64,000 nt of DNA from Lepidodermella squamata (lineage: Eukaryota > Animalia > Gastrotricha). Below the pieces are notes generated by a model, which saw only the letters and a list, made by a program, of their open reading frames with translations, had not been told where the DNA came from and did no database searches. The stretch covers positions 3,286,001 to 3,350,000 of the forward strand of contig JBLDXI010000003.1 in the NCBI GenBank assembly GCA_047495785.1, written 5' to 3'. Position numbers and translations under genes: made by a program. Positions 23,984-37,219 of this stretch are shown one piece after another (the stretch's first letter is position 1; each line of letters opens with the position of its first letter).

Positions 23984-26900
23984 CGCCGACCGAAGCCTGG
24001 CCGAAGAAATTCAGGGCCAAAAGGCTCATCTACGCGAAATCGCGTCTACAGTCAAGAGAATCGCGGCCGATTTGCCGTCTGATGTCGATCAAGAGTTAGC
24101 GCAACGTCTGCAAACCGCTCGCGATTTGTGTCAATCAGTCTCGAAGCGGAACGGCGATTTGCTGTCGACTTTAGACCAGGCCATACCTCAGGCTGAGGTC
24201 TTCACCGAACTTCACGATGAATTGTCCACGTGGCTGGGCGATATCGAGTTCGAAATCAGCGACCTGGACGCTCAACCAGCTGCGGTTACGCCTGAGCGAA
24301 TTCGCCAGTTGCGAACTGCCGTTGCCGCCCTGCGTCGCCAAATCACCGATGCGAGGCCGAAAGTTGACCGGCTGGTTAAGGCCGGGTCGCTTTTGGCCAG
24401 CCTGTCGTCGCCTCAAGTCGCTGAGGGCATTCGATCGGTCTCGGATGAAGTCCGCAACAGGGTCGACGCCCTTCGCCAACGACTCCAGATGCGGTCGTCC
24501 GATCTTGACAAAACCATGGAAGCCACAGTTGAGGTAAAAAAATCCTCCTTAATTTTTTTTAATTTTTAAAATTATTTAATAATTAAAATTATTCATTAAT
24601 TAATCCTGATTAATTAATTTTTAAGGAGGAAGAACAACAAAGAAAGGTAATTGAGGTCGATTATGGGTATCTTTCACTTAAATGAGAGGAGCTTGCGAGA
24701 AATGCCTGCAATTATCTGTTCTAGTATTCGAGACATGTCCCCACCCGTCTCACTGTATAATACCAATTATTTACTCGTCTTCGTCATAATTATTATAAAG
24801 CCAGCAGTCACTTCTATATTTTTTTATGATTTTTCTGAAATTAATTTTTTTAATTAATTTTTAAGGTTTCCGAGCGATTGGATGCGGTGATGAATGTCCT
24901 GACCAAGGCGTGCGATAGGGTTGAAAGTGCTGAGCCGATTTCAGCGCAACCAGCTCGTCTCCGCGAGCAAATCGCAACAAACCGCCAACTGGTGGGCGAA
25001 CCCGAGCGGCAACTCGATGCCTTGACCGCCGTGCGCCAGGCCGCTGAGGCGCTGCTGAGCCAGGCCCCGGCCTCGGCTGCCGACGACCCGGCTGTCATGG
25101 AACTTCGAGGCAAGGTCGATAAATTGGTCAATCAGTACGATAAATTGCGGCAGATCACAGCGGCGCGGGCTGATACGTTGGACGAGGCGCTTGATGTTAG
25201 CGAGCGATTCTGGGCTCAGTTGAGTTCGTGCCAGGAGGCGATTCGCGAAATCGAGGAAGAACTCGCGCAGCACTCGCAGCCCGGCCTCGAAATGAACGAG
25301 TTGGAAGACCAGCGGCAGTTGATTGACGAAGTCGCTGAGCACCTCGTCGCTACCCGGGCTGATCTCGAAATGTTCGGAACTGACGGCGCGAGGCTGGCGG
25401 ATTTGGTCGGAAGCCAGGACAAACCGCTCGTGCAGCGAACTGTCGACGAGTTGGAACAACGCTTCGACTCACTAGTCGGGCAATACGAGACGGCTCAAAA
25501 GGCGATTGCTGCCGCTTACGAACGGACGCACGATTTCAACTCGAGGGTCGCCCTTGTTTTGGACCAGCTTAAACTCTGTGATGAGCAGTTCGAACTAATG
25601 GGCCGAGTCCCGGGTGATATCGATGCGGTTAAGGCTCAAGTCGCTCAGGTTAAGGACTTCCGCGAGGGGGTGATGTCCCTCAAGCCGAATATTGACGAAT
25701 TGAAGAAAATCGGCGAGCAATTGCTGAACGCGGCCGGAATTTCGCCGGGTGAAGAACGAAGCCTGGCGATTACCGAGCCGCTGCAGCAGTTAACCTCTCA
25801 CTGGGAGAAGTTGCTAGGCAACGGAGCGAGGCGAAGTGCGAAATTGGACCTCGCCCTGTTGGAAATGGGTTATTTCAACGAGGCGGTCGCTGAACTGACC
25901 GCGTGGCTTGAAGAGACCGAAAAACAGCTGGACGACGCGCCGCCGGTTAGCGGCGACGCAACGGCGGCTGAGATTGAAATGACGAAGTTGCAACTGCTGC
26001 AGAACGATCTGGACCAGCATCGAGATGCGATGGAGAATGTCATGTCGGCGGCGCAGCGCGTTATCGCGTCTGAGGCTGGCGCGACCGCCGTTGATATGCG
26101 GCGCCGGTTGGATGAGATTGACGCGCAGTGGCGGCGAGTTTTGGCGAAGGCTCGCGATCGCCAGTTGTACCTGGACGGCGCGCTGAGAACTGCGTCGAAT
26201 TTCCACGACGAACTCGATAAAGTCCTTGAAGATCTGTCCCAGGTTGATAGCCTGCTAGCAACCAGCCGGCCAATCGGCGGAACGCCCGAGTCTGCTAGTC
26301 AACAATTGACTGAATTCCTTTCGTTGCAAAACGAATTGAAGCCCCTGCTAGCGCGGGCTATTGAGTTGAAGGAGGCTGGAGCCACCTTAACGAATTCAGC
26401 GACTGATACGGCTCAGGAGATTTTGGGCTATCAGCTCGAGCAGCTTGACCAGCGTTGTAGTAATATCAGCGAAAAATCAGCAGTCAAGCGGAAACAGCTT
26501 GAAGACGCCGTGCAGGGTGCGATTGATTTCGATGCGAAGCACGAGGCCTTCACCGCGTGGTTAAGCGAGGCGGAACGGTTGGTGGTCTCCAACAACCAGT
26601 CGCAGCCAGTCTCGCGGGCCCTGTCCACCTTAACCGTGCAACAGGAGGAGCATCGGAAACTACTCGCGTCTCTGGCTGAACAGGCGCAGAAGTTGAACGA
26701 GCTAGACGCGGCTGGTACCCATCTGCAGTACTTTGCCATTAAGCCGGACGCGATTCAAATCAAGAATATGCTACTAGCGGTTTCGCATCGTTGGGACAAG
26801 CTCAAGTCGAAGGTTGCGGACCGCACTGCGCAGATTGATTTCGCTATGCGGGATGCTAAGCAGTTCTATGCCGATCAGAAGGAACTCTGCGACTATCTCG

Positions 26901-29900
26901 ACGCGATTAAGGACAAACTAGCGGCGGAACCAGCGGCGACGGTTGATGAGCCGGAGCGCATCAGGGCTTTGTTAGCTCGCCAACGCGACATTTCGCGCCA
27001 GTTGGATGCGAAACAAGCGGCTTATGACGCGGTTGTACGCCAGGGAACGTCGCTGATTGACCGCTCGACTGAATCTGACCGTATGGAACTGCAAAATTTG
27101 GTCACTGGCCTCAAGGAACGGTGGGTAGACTGCCGGACAAGTTGCAGCGAAAGACAGCAAAAACTCGAAGATGTCCTATTGCTATCAGGTTCGTATCATA
27201 AAATTTTGAATTATTTGAAAAATTCGAATAATAATTGAAAAATTGAGATTTAAAATTATTTTTTAAGAATTTAAATTTATTTTTGAAATTTTAAATTTTT
27301 TTGAAAAATTCTAAATTTCGTAAAATTCAATTTTGAACTAAAAATTAAAAATTAAAAATTTTTACAATTTTTTCAATTTTATATGAATTTTTCTAAAATT
27401 TTGGAAAAATAATTGGAATTTTAATAATTTTTTTTTCATTTTTCAGGACAATTCCGCGAAGCTCTTCAGGCTCTGCTTGAATGGCTCGGTCGTACCGAAC
27501 CGTTGCTGTCGGACGAAACATCAGTGCGAGGCGATTCGGATACCGTCGCGCGACTCCTCGACGAGCAGAATCTCTTTGAAGCCGAATTTGCGAAACGCGC
27601 CGTTATGGTCGACCAAGTCAAGCGCCAGGCCGTTCAAGTGCTGCAGCAGGGCCCCGACGGCTCGTTACCAGCCGACGGGCCGCGCCTCCAGTCGGAACTC
27701 GCCGATTTGGAAGCGACCTGGGCGAATGTGTCGAAATTGTCGCAACAACGCTCGGCCCGCTTGGCTGAGGCGAAAATAGTCGCGGATAAATTTGCGTCGC
27801 TGAACCGCGGCCTGCTCGACTGGCTTCAGTCGGCGGAGAACCGCGTCAGGGCGCAGGGCCCCGTGCCGCTGGGTGACCGCGGCGAACTGGTCATTCAACA
27901 GGCCGATGTTCGCGATTTGTTGGAGCTCGCCGAGACGAAACAGCCAGATCTGAACGAGGCGCAAGCTGTTGGCCGGTCGATTTTGGAACAATGCCACCCG
28001 GACGCTATCGTCCCAGTCCGCCACTGGATGACCGTACTGCAATCGCGGTGGGAAGAAGTTGTCCCGGGCGTTCTAACTCGTCGCCTTCAACAACTGGACG
28101 AGGCGTTGTCGCAGCTTCAAATGTCGGAGCAGCTTCTCTCGGAACTGCTCGCCTGGCTAACCGGGGCTGAGGCGACGTTGAAAGCGCTGAACGAACAACC
28201 GATTCCGAATGACACGCAGGTTATTCAACAGCTGTTGAAAGAACACGAAGATTTCGAGTCGGAGATGAACAGCCGTAAGACGGATGTTGACAAGGTGACT
28301 AAAAACCAGCGTCGCCTCAACGCTCACCCGGCTGAAATGCTGGACCATTCAATCTCGCCGAACTTCCTAGCCGAGGGCGGTATGAAGCGAACGATTTCAT
28401 CGACGCTGAAAACCGGCAAAGGCAAACCGGGCCAGCCGTCATCGGGCGGTATCAGCCTATCGGGTACCATGGGCAATCTGGCGAGCAATGAGCCGCGTTT
28501 CGCCGATCCTCAGGTCGATAATATGTACGCGACGTGGCGCCGAGTTTGGCTGTTGGTCGTCGAAAGACGGCGCCGTCTCATGGAGGCGCTCGAGTACAGC
28601 AAAGAGGTAAATTTCCGGCGAAATCAAATTTTTCAAAAATTCCACCTTAAAAATAGTTTTACGCACAAATTTCGCTTTCATTTCATTTAATTAATGTTAT
28701 TTTTTGTAATAATTTCACTTATATCGAAAGATTGCCAATCACAAAGAGGTACATTTTGAAACAGTGTCGTGTTATATATTATATGCTATCCTGGACACGT
28801 TCGAAATTGAGCGAAAAAGTTGAATCCTCTCCATTAGATTTGATGAAAAAATATGCTGTTTTCAATGTAGCGTGCATGTTATATTGCTGAAAAATGGAGA
28901 AAATTTCAATCAAATATAGCTATACCCTCTAATTTTTACGTCTGTAAACAATATAAAAGCCCATTATGTTTATTGAAAATTTCGATAATATTATATTATA
29001 AGCATGGCTTTTAATTATATTGAAAAATATTATCATCTGTCTATTTGCGCTTTTGAATACACAAGTTGCCCTTTAATTTTTATGTGTTTGCTTCTATTTT
29101 TCTGTAAAATCGAGAATTTTTCTAATTTTAACTGTTTTCACAGACCGAACGTTTGAAGAACTTCAACTTCGACGACTGGCGCCGGCGCTATTTAGGCTGG
29201 ATGAATCACAACAAGACGCGCATCATGGACTTTTTCCGTCAGCAAGACCGTGACCGTGACGGCAAGTTGACGCGCGAGGAGTTCATTGAGGGCATCATTC
29301 AGTCGAAATTCCCGACCAGCCGCCTTGAAATGGAGTGCGTCGCCGATATTTTCGACTCGAATGCCGATAATTACATCGACTATTCCGAATTCGTTCGTGC
29401 CCTTAAACCGGACACTAATGTAATTTTTTTCGATTTTTTCCGAATATTTTGAAAAAAATTTAATTTTTTCTAGCATGTTCGAGGCGAGGGTGAACAAATT
29501 GCTGAAGAAATGAATCGCCAAGTTGCTCAATGCACGTGCCAACAACGTTACCGTATCGAAAAAGTGGACGAGCGTAAATATCGCGTAAGTTAAAAAAATT
29601 TAAAAATTTTGAACAAATTTAATTTTCGAAGTTTTTACAGTTTGGCAAAGAGCAAAAATTATGCTTAGTCCGCATTCTGTCATCAACTGTTATGGTACGA
29701 GTTGGCGGTGGCTGGGTAGCTTTGGACGAATTCCTGGTGAAGAACGATCCTTGCCGAGGTAAGAATTTTTAAAATTTACCCGATTTTTTTCTGGCTTCAA
29801 TTTGTCAAGCGTTCACTCACGCTTTTAAGTTTTAGCGTAATGAAGTTCACAGTAATATTAATTTTATTCAATCATGTGTATCAGCCGCTATTACCGTCTG

Positions 29901-30986
29901 CGATTTTTGCCTCCGAAGTAAGTGAAGTTGTCTTGAAAAAAAATAAGCCGCATCCCTTGTTCGGTTTTATGTTTTGACAAAATGTCTCGTGCCAAAAAAA
30001 ACTCATTTGTTGTGTCGTGCCCTTTCATATTATGTGTTTAATTTATTTAAGAAAAAAAAAATTCCGAAATTATTTTTTCAAGCGGCATGAGGGTTTCTGC
30101 GTGATTTCTTGATCTCTCGTGTTTGCTTTTTTTCGGTGCATGGTTTATTTTGCATTTATGGTGGCCCGGTAACTTTTCGTGTGTGAAACTATTTTATATT
30201 GATAACTAATTCGGAGAAATTATATATTATTATTATAACCAGGCATGATGTCAGACGTGCGCAAAACACTGACTAGTAAATTGCGCCAACATTCGCCGAG
30301 TGAATGCTCGGTCGCCGCATCAGCATCAGCATCCTCAGGATTTATTACCCGTAATTACCGAGTGTAGTAAAAAAATTGAGTTGGAGTGAAAAAATTAAGT
30401 TGGATGATATTTAGCTCTAGAAAATTATTTTTCTGTTGTCAACTTTTTTAGTCGATTTTTTCGAAATTTTTATTAATTTTATTTTCGATTTTTTCCAGCT
30501 AAAGGACGTACAAATATCGAATTGCGAGAGAAGTTTTTGTTGCCGGACGGCGCCAGTCAAGCGATGGCGCCTTTTGTGGCGAAATCGATGGCGGCGCGCC
30601 CGCCCAGCGCCGGGCCGTCGCAGTCGCCGCCGCACAGCCACGCGCACCCGCCGCACGACCACGCCCACCCTCACACGCCGAAGACGACAACGGCGCAGAG
30701 CCCGCGCGCGACCACGCCATCGTCAACCGGGCCGCGCATCAAGGTGAAATCGAACCTGTTGGCGGCGCCGAAAAACGGCTCGACGCCGACGAAACCTCGA
30801 ACTGGGCCTGGCGCGGTGAGCCGCACCCCGGGCACGCGCACCCCGGGCAGCATCGGCAGCCGGACGCCGCAGATCCGATCGGGACACGGGTCTTCGATCG
30901 ACCTGACGGCGCCGTCGCCGCGTGTCCGCAAGCCGTCGACCTCATCAGCGGCGCAAAATGGCGCAAATGGCGCGTCGCACCACTGA
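23984..30986 (+). CDS. Spectraplakin (Shot/MACF1/dystonin family), C-terminal portion only: spectrin repeats, EF-hands, GAS2/GAR domain (exons ~23984-24533, 24866-27188, 27447-28606, 29144-29419, 29474-29584, 29641-29758, 30499-30986)
   Basis: Tandem spectrin repeats; [26 protein letters not shown] plus EF-hands; GAR motif [36 protein letters not shown]. The 5' boundary is approximate. Confidence 0.92.
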
Positions 30987-33253
30987 AAAAACAAAACAAA
31001 CAAATATTCGAGCTTTCTTCTTCCGTTACAACAATAGCGAGGAAACACACTATTTACCCGAAATTTTTTCTATCGAAGTCCAATATTAAATGTGGTTACA
31101 TTTCTTAGCGTTGTGCTTGATATAAACTGAGACGATGATTGTTTTTTTTGCGTGTCCTGATAAATTGTAAATAATATTGTTACTCATGATGAATATATTA
31201 TTATTCGAAAAATGAACGATGCTTCCTACTTGTGTATTACTATGCGGCTTGCTAGTAGGTGGGTGACTCGATGAGGCCTTGAACATTATATACAAGACTA
31301 CTATAGCAGAAAAATTGTTTGTGCAAAACATTGAATGCTACAATTTGTACAGTTACGATGTAAAATAATTTCGATGATTGATTGAAATATTATTATTACT
31401 ATTACCTGTTATATTATACTGAATGAAGAAAATTATGACGACGATATTTACATCAGTAATAATTTGATGAAGCTATTTCATGCAATACGGCTGTTGAAAA
31501 TATACATAAAAAAAGAGCTATGTCACCCGTTTACCGACAGAACATCATCAGTATGCATATATCATTATAGCGCCTTTTATTTGGAGACAAAACAAAAATG
31601 AGACGATTTTGAAGAAATAAAATACTGCTTATTTAAAATTACGGTTGAGCGTTTTTTTTCGAGTTGAAATACTGGAGTTCAGTTCGGTTAGGTTTACATG
31701 TGGTGTAAGGGCAGTATTTGATACCATGGTTATCGGAATAATCTGGAATTTTCTGGTTGGAATCAAAGCATTCACCTCAAAACAGATTTTCGCTCACGGG
31801 TCTAAAAAATAATGTATCCAAATATATTTGCAATTTGCACCACTAAAAACGAGGCTCTAGCACTAAATTTAAGCGTCCTGGCACTAAATGTATCATATTT
31901 TTGCGATTTCGGCATTTTCGTTTTTTGATCGATGCTCCATCCTCCTCCATGAACTTATGATTTTTTATTTTAGCTACCTGGCGCCCTAAGCTACGTAGAA
32001 AAATTATCGCCGTTGGGTTCCACTGAGGCTGAAAATCACTGATTTATAAAGTCGATACTTGGAATCGATATCGGCTCTGCATGCTGAAGTAGAAATCATA
32101 CACTTACTGCTTTTTACGCATAATATGAAGATCTATCGGTTAGGCATGACAACAAAAAATTGAGATTCCAGAGAAGACATGAAACTCGAAATAACATATT
32201 TAAGGGAAATCTAGTGCTGAAGTCTCAAATTTAGTGCTGTAACCCTTAATTTAGGGTGCGCACTTGGCACATCCAAAAATAATATTTTTTCACCATTATA
32301 GAGGTTCCAGCAGTACAATTTTCCGATTCTTCGCGACTTGGCGTATTTCTCTTGATCTTGACCCCCACGACCCTGGGATTGTTATATTAGCTATCTGGTA
32401 TCCTCAGCTGGGGACAAGCATTTTTAAGGTTTGCTTCGAAGACTTCTAATATTATGGGAAAAATCACTGATTTGTAATTTGTAAAATCGATACTTGCAAT
32501 CGATATCGGCTATACAGGCTGAAGTACAACTCGTGAACTTGCCGCTGGTAGCGTAACGTAAGTTGTGAGATCTAACGGTTAGGATTGATCCGAATTTTAG
32601 GAAAGACGAGAAACTGGAAAACCCTCACACTGGGACCATCTTGAGTTCTGGAACCCTAAATTTGGGACATATTGGAGCATCTTTCACTCACCTGAAATGC
32701 CTAATCAAACTTTATCGATAAAGAATCGAAAGTTTCATGCCTATGGAAGGGGTCAACTAACAACAAGAACCCGTCACGATTTGTGGAAAGCTGTGCATAC
32801 ATGCTAGGATGCGCCTTGAACTTTGCCCAACAGCTTTGAAGGTTGCCACTAGGTACATTTTCCGAGGCCTGCCTGATTTGGTTGTAGTTCCTATTTCTTG
32901 TATCCAGGATAATCCAGTGATTTTTCGATAACAAAATTGCACCTTTGATGACCTTGTGAAAAAATTCAAGCCACACGCCTGTTTCAGCAAGCGCGGGTGT
33001 TCTACTTTGCTGCTGGCGTCGGTGGAAAAAAACCCGTTTGAAACCGGACTCGAAAATAATTATATGGGCAAAATAACAAACTCGCGATTGCAAACTCGCG
33101 CACGTGTCACACATCTCACCGCAGCGTTGCACAACACGGAAAACCGGTGGGTCGGTAGCATATTTAAGGCCATACCGGAGGCTGGTTAAACATCAATCAG
33201 CGTTTTCTCTTATTCTTTGAATAGTTTTCAATTCGAGAAGTCTCATTCCAAAG

Positions 33254-33928
33254 ATGCGTCTTGTTTTGGTTGCAGCTGTCGTTGCTCTTTTCTGCATCGG
33301 TGAGCATAGGAGAAATCGTATCAGTGATCTTCTTATATTTGTGTTGATTTTTTCGCCAGCCGCCACCTCGGCGAACCTTGGCAAACGTGGACGTGGCAAC
33401 AATGTTTCCGCCTCGGTGAACAAGCGCTCGGCCTCCGCCTCGGCTGGCAATGACGGTCGTCGTGGTCGCTTCTTCGGCCGCAAGGGTCGTCGCGGCAACT
33501 TCGCCTCTGCCTCGGTCAACCGCCGCTCCGCCTCGGCTTCTGCCGGCAACAACCGTGGTCGTCGCGGCTTCTTCGGTCGCCGTCGCGGTGGCAACTACGC
33601 CTCGGCCTCCGTCAACAAGAACTCCGCCTCGGCGAGTGCTGGTGACAACCGTGGTCGCCGTGGTCACTTCGTCGGCCGCCGTGGCTCCCGCTCGTCCCTG
33701 TCTGGTTCCTTCCGCGGCCGTCGCCACGGACGCGGTTTCTATGGCCGTCGCCACGGTGGTCGCTTCGGTCGCCGCGGTTTCGGATATGGCCGTCACGGTC
33801 GTCGCGGATTCCACGGCCGTGGTCGCCATGGTTACGGCTACGGTCGTTTCGGCCATCGCGGTTTCTACAGCGGCTCGTCCTCGGCCGGCGACTTCTACGG
33901 CCGTCGCAATGGCTGGTACTGGCATTAA
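33254..33928 (+). CDS. Family B copy B2 (204 aa; exons 33254-33299, 33360-33928)
   Basis: Signal exon, 60-nt phase-1 intron, ASASVN repeats, C-terminal GRRNGWYWH. Confidence 0.88.
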   Translation: MRLVLVAAVVALFCIGEHRRNRISDLLIFVLIFSPAATSANLGKRGRGNNVSASVNKRSASASAGNDGRRGRFFGRKGRRGNFASASVNRRSASASAGNNRGRRGFFGRRRGGNYASASVNKNSASASAGDNRGRRGHFVGRRGSRSSLSGSFRGRRHGRGFYGRRHGGRFGRRGFGYGRHGRRGFHGRGRHGYGYGRFGHRGFYSGSSSAGDFYGRRNGWYWH

Positions 33929-34871
33929 GCTCATCTTCGAGAACATTCCCCAAGAACATTCAAAAATTCAAATTTATCCAGCTATATTTGATGGAAAATG
34001 CAAATTATTTTGTCTATCAAGACTTTCCTAATTCATCTTCATTTTAGAATATTTTGTTCTGATTTATCTAAGATGCGAGGTTTCTTGGTTCTTTCTATCA
34101 TCGCTTTGGGCTGCATCGGTAGGATTCACCCAGTTATGCATAATCATAACGATTACTTTTTTTCCGTTTCCAGCCTTGAGCTCAGCAACGTTCGACTACG
34201 GTAAAAAGGACGGACACAAGGGCGGCTACGGCAAGGGATATGATGGTCACAAGGGTGGCTACGGCAAGGGCCATGGCAAGGGAGGTCGCCGTGCTTCCTA
34301 CTCCGCTTCGGTCGACCAACGCGACACCTACGACCGCAAGTCCGCCTCTGCTGAGCAAGAGAACGGTGCCGTCATTATACTCCCGTTTTGCAGGTCAAAG
34401 ATCACACGTGCACACGTGATCAAAACGTGTGATCAAAACACTAAACTTTAAAGTTGTTGCTTGTTGTTAAGTTGGTGGTGGTTTCGTCATTTCGTCAATT
34501 CGTCACTTTGAAAAACTTCCAAAAGACCGAAAAAATAAAAGTAAATGATATGAGCTGGAGTCGAACTATCAACCTCTGGTTTCGAGTGCTAGTGCTGGAA
34601 CCACTAAGCAAGCAAGTTGTCTTAAAATCGTTTGCATCTATCTTGTTAAAGTAAGCTTTAACTGTGGCCTATATCAATTGATTCTAAGACGGTTCCTATG
34701 TGTCTCCTGTGTGGCTTAGTGGTTCAAGCTATAGCTCAGGAATCCAGAGGTTGATAGTTCGACTCCAGCTCACAACATTTTTTTTATATTTTTTTCATGG
34801 TGACGAAATGACGAAATGACGAAATGACGAAACTTCCACACTAGCAACAACCTAAAAGTTTAGTGTTTTGA

Positions 34872-37219
34872 CATAGACATAATATCAGTATAGACTGTCT
34901 ACTCACGAGAAAAGGGGTGTAACGCCATGGGCGCCAGATGGTCTGCTGATTCATCAATTTCTTGGAGGCCAAAAATCGAAAAATTCAAAATTTCCTCCGT
35001 CGATTTCTTGGCGATGAAAGGTCGCATTCGGAAGAACCAAGTGCCATCAGATAGATCTTTTCATGAGGAACATGGTGATCATTTTTCCAGAATTTTAAAA
35101 ATATAGGAAGTGATCGAAAATTAGGAAATAAGTTTTTCTAAACACAAATAAATCATGATAACTGGTTATTAAAAAATGAAATTGAACGACTTTTTCAGAA
35201 AATCAGATTCCCCGCGCCAAGAGCTACATTTCGACACCAAGTTTGAAATCACCCGACAGAAATTCAATTTTTGGCAATTTTTTTTGTATTAAATTGCATA
35301 CACACCATTAAAAAAGAAGCACACACGCGCCTCATTGGCACTTATTTTAAGATTTGTTGCACTTTTATTGGTTGAGTTGAAGTATCAATTTGTTTAGTTT
35401 CATGCGGATGGAAGGCTTATTGTTCATGAGCAATTCTGTACGCCTGCGCTTCGCATAACTGCGTAGAAAAATAGTAAAATATTTAAAAATGAGTTTGAAA
35501 ATAAGATCGAATCTGTGACTTTTCTGAGGGCAATCACAGTGCATAGCGCGTAAAAATAGTCCTTTCGCCAAGGCAATGTTCACAGCAGTCAACACGCAAG
35601 TCATAATTTGGAAAGACGCGGTGATTCGAACGTTGCCAACAAAAACTGCCTTCGCCACAATCAGCGCTTGAAATGTATCGTCGGAAGGATGGTGCAGACC
35701 GCCTTTATCTTTCACCGCTGTCAAGTTACTGAAGTCGGGCGGTGGAAGAGGGTCATCCCGCTGATAGAAAAGCAAATGACGACTGGTATAACATGAGAAT
35801 TCGGACGCAACAGCGCTAGCCAAGTAGCCTGAGATGTAGTAAAGACCATTCATTTCCATGGCGTCATCGCAGTTGAAAACGGACTTGCTCGCTATCTCAG
35901 CCATAACCTCATCATCGACGTGAATGAGCTGTGGTTCAACCGGCAATGTCTTCACAGCGGATGATCTTTTCAACGGCATGCCATCCCCAGACTTATTGTC
36001 AAGATCTGAGGCTAGCGCAGCCACGTTTCCTCTGGAAGATGGGCATACGCTGCTATTCATCAGAATCGCTCGAATGGCATACTTGAACTGAAGAACGTTT
36101 GGATTGTTGTTCCAGCCGCCTCGAGCCCTAATTTTATTGAATAAAAGCTCAATGTGGTCGTTGCTGACCTGGTAGGTCAGGAAACTGCGGAAAGGCGTCG
36201 ATGGACTGCTAGGAAACAGGAGAGACGAAGACAACCCGATAATTGCAGATATAGATATGCATATTCCGCGCATGAATGTGCTTCTTTTGTGCCGCTCGAA
36301 AGGCTCTCCCTTTGGCGTTACCAGTGACGACAACAGGGCGCGTGTTTCCGATAGATAAGCTGACTGAGAAACAAAATTTTCGCTACTCAGAGGGGCTTGA
36401 AACCGCGGTGCTCCAAAGAACCTAGACGACGTAGTTTGCACGATTGGAGGTAAAAGAAATTCTAGGATGACTAACAACTAACATACCTTGAATTTAAAAT
36501 ATCGAAGGAGTTATTCATGCGGCGGATGAAGTCTTCTGTAAATTCACTGCCAGCGAACGCCTGTAAGCGCATGACCTCGCGAAGGTATCTGATTGCATCT
36601 GCCATGGAATTGCTGAAAATCTGAACAGCTAACGATACCTTCATCTTCTGCGCGCCCCAGAAAATGTGAGCGGGACTCAATCGTATCGGCAGCTTTATAT
36701 GGGCCATCTGCTGCTGCACCTTGAATACCTCCTCCACGTATCTCCATTCAACCCTTGAACCATCGCTGAAATGAAGAATGCCCAAATCGGACAGTGCGTT
36801 TCGCATTAATTTCATCATGTGACAAATGTCATAGATGAGATAGACGGGATGCTCGAGATCCGGATGGATGAATGAACTTGTAAGTTTCTCCGGATCCTGA
36901 TGAAAAGCCACTCCGAGAAGCTTAGCGAATCGCTGATTCGCCCTTTCTCCATCGAAGATAACGCATCGGGTAGAAATACCTGATTTAGACAACTCGGAAA
37001 TAGTTTCCATCACCAGCGCTTTGAGAACTTCAGCCTGCGGGTGGTTGACATCGAAATAAGCCACAGGGCACTTCCATTTGCCATGCAATCCGACAGCCAT
37101 TAATACCAAAGCTTCTGTTGCGAACTCCTCTGTGTCGCTCAAGGTCTCCGTTACTGGTAGTTTATCCTTCAAATTGCCGTAGTCGATACCACCGGCGAAC
37201 CTCTGATATTATGTCTATG
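34872..37219 (-). mobile_element. P-superfamily DNA transposon (deletion derivative), 17-bp TIR CATAGACATAATATCAG, 8-bp TSD TGTTTTGA
   Basis: TIRs at 34872-34888 and 37203-37219; TSD at 34864-34871 and 37220-37227; contains a P-type transposase. Confidence 0.92.
35365..37201 (-). pseudogene. 5'-truncated P-element/THAP9-like transposase (intron 36422-36486)
   Basis: Motifs GIDYG, WKCPVAYF, FDGERAN, DICHMMKLMRN, QKMKVSLAVQIFS, SNDHIELLFNKIRARGGWNNNP. The THAP domain and the first catalytic-Asp region are missing. Confidence 0.88.

Noticed and set aside
32030-32590. Degenerate direct repeat (~430-bp spacing) and the nearby 143-aa minus-strand ORF
   Set aside because: Probably decayed repeat sequence; no termini or convincing protein motif.
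34705-34776. Functional tRNA gene
   Set aside because: A and B boxes are present but the stems do not pair properly, and it lies within a transposon arm.
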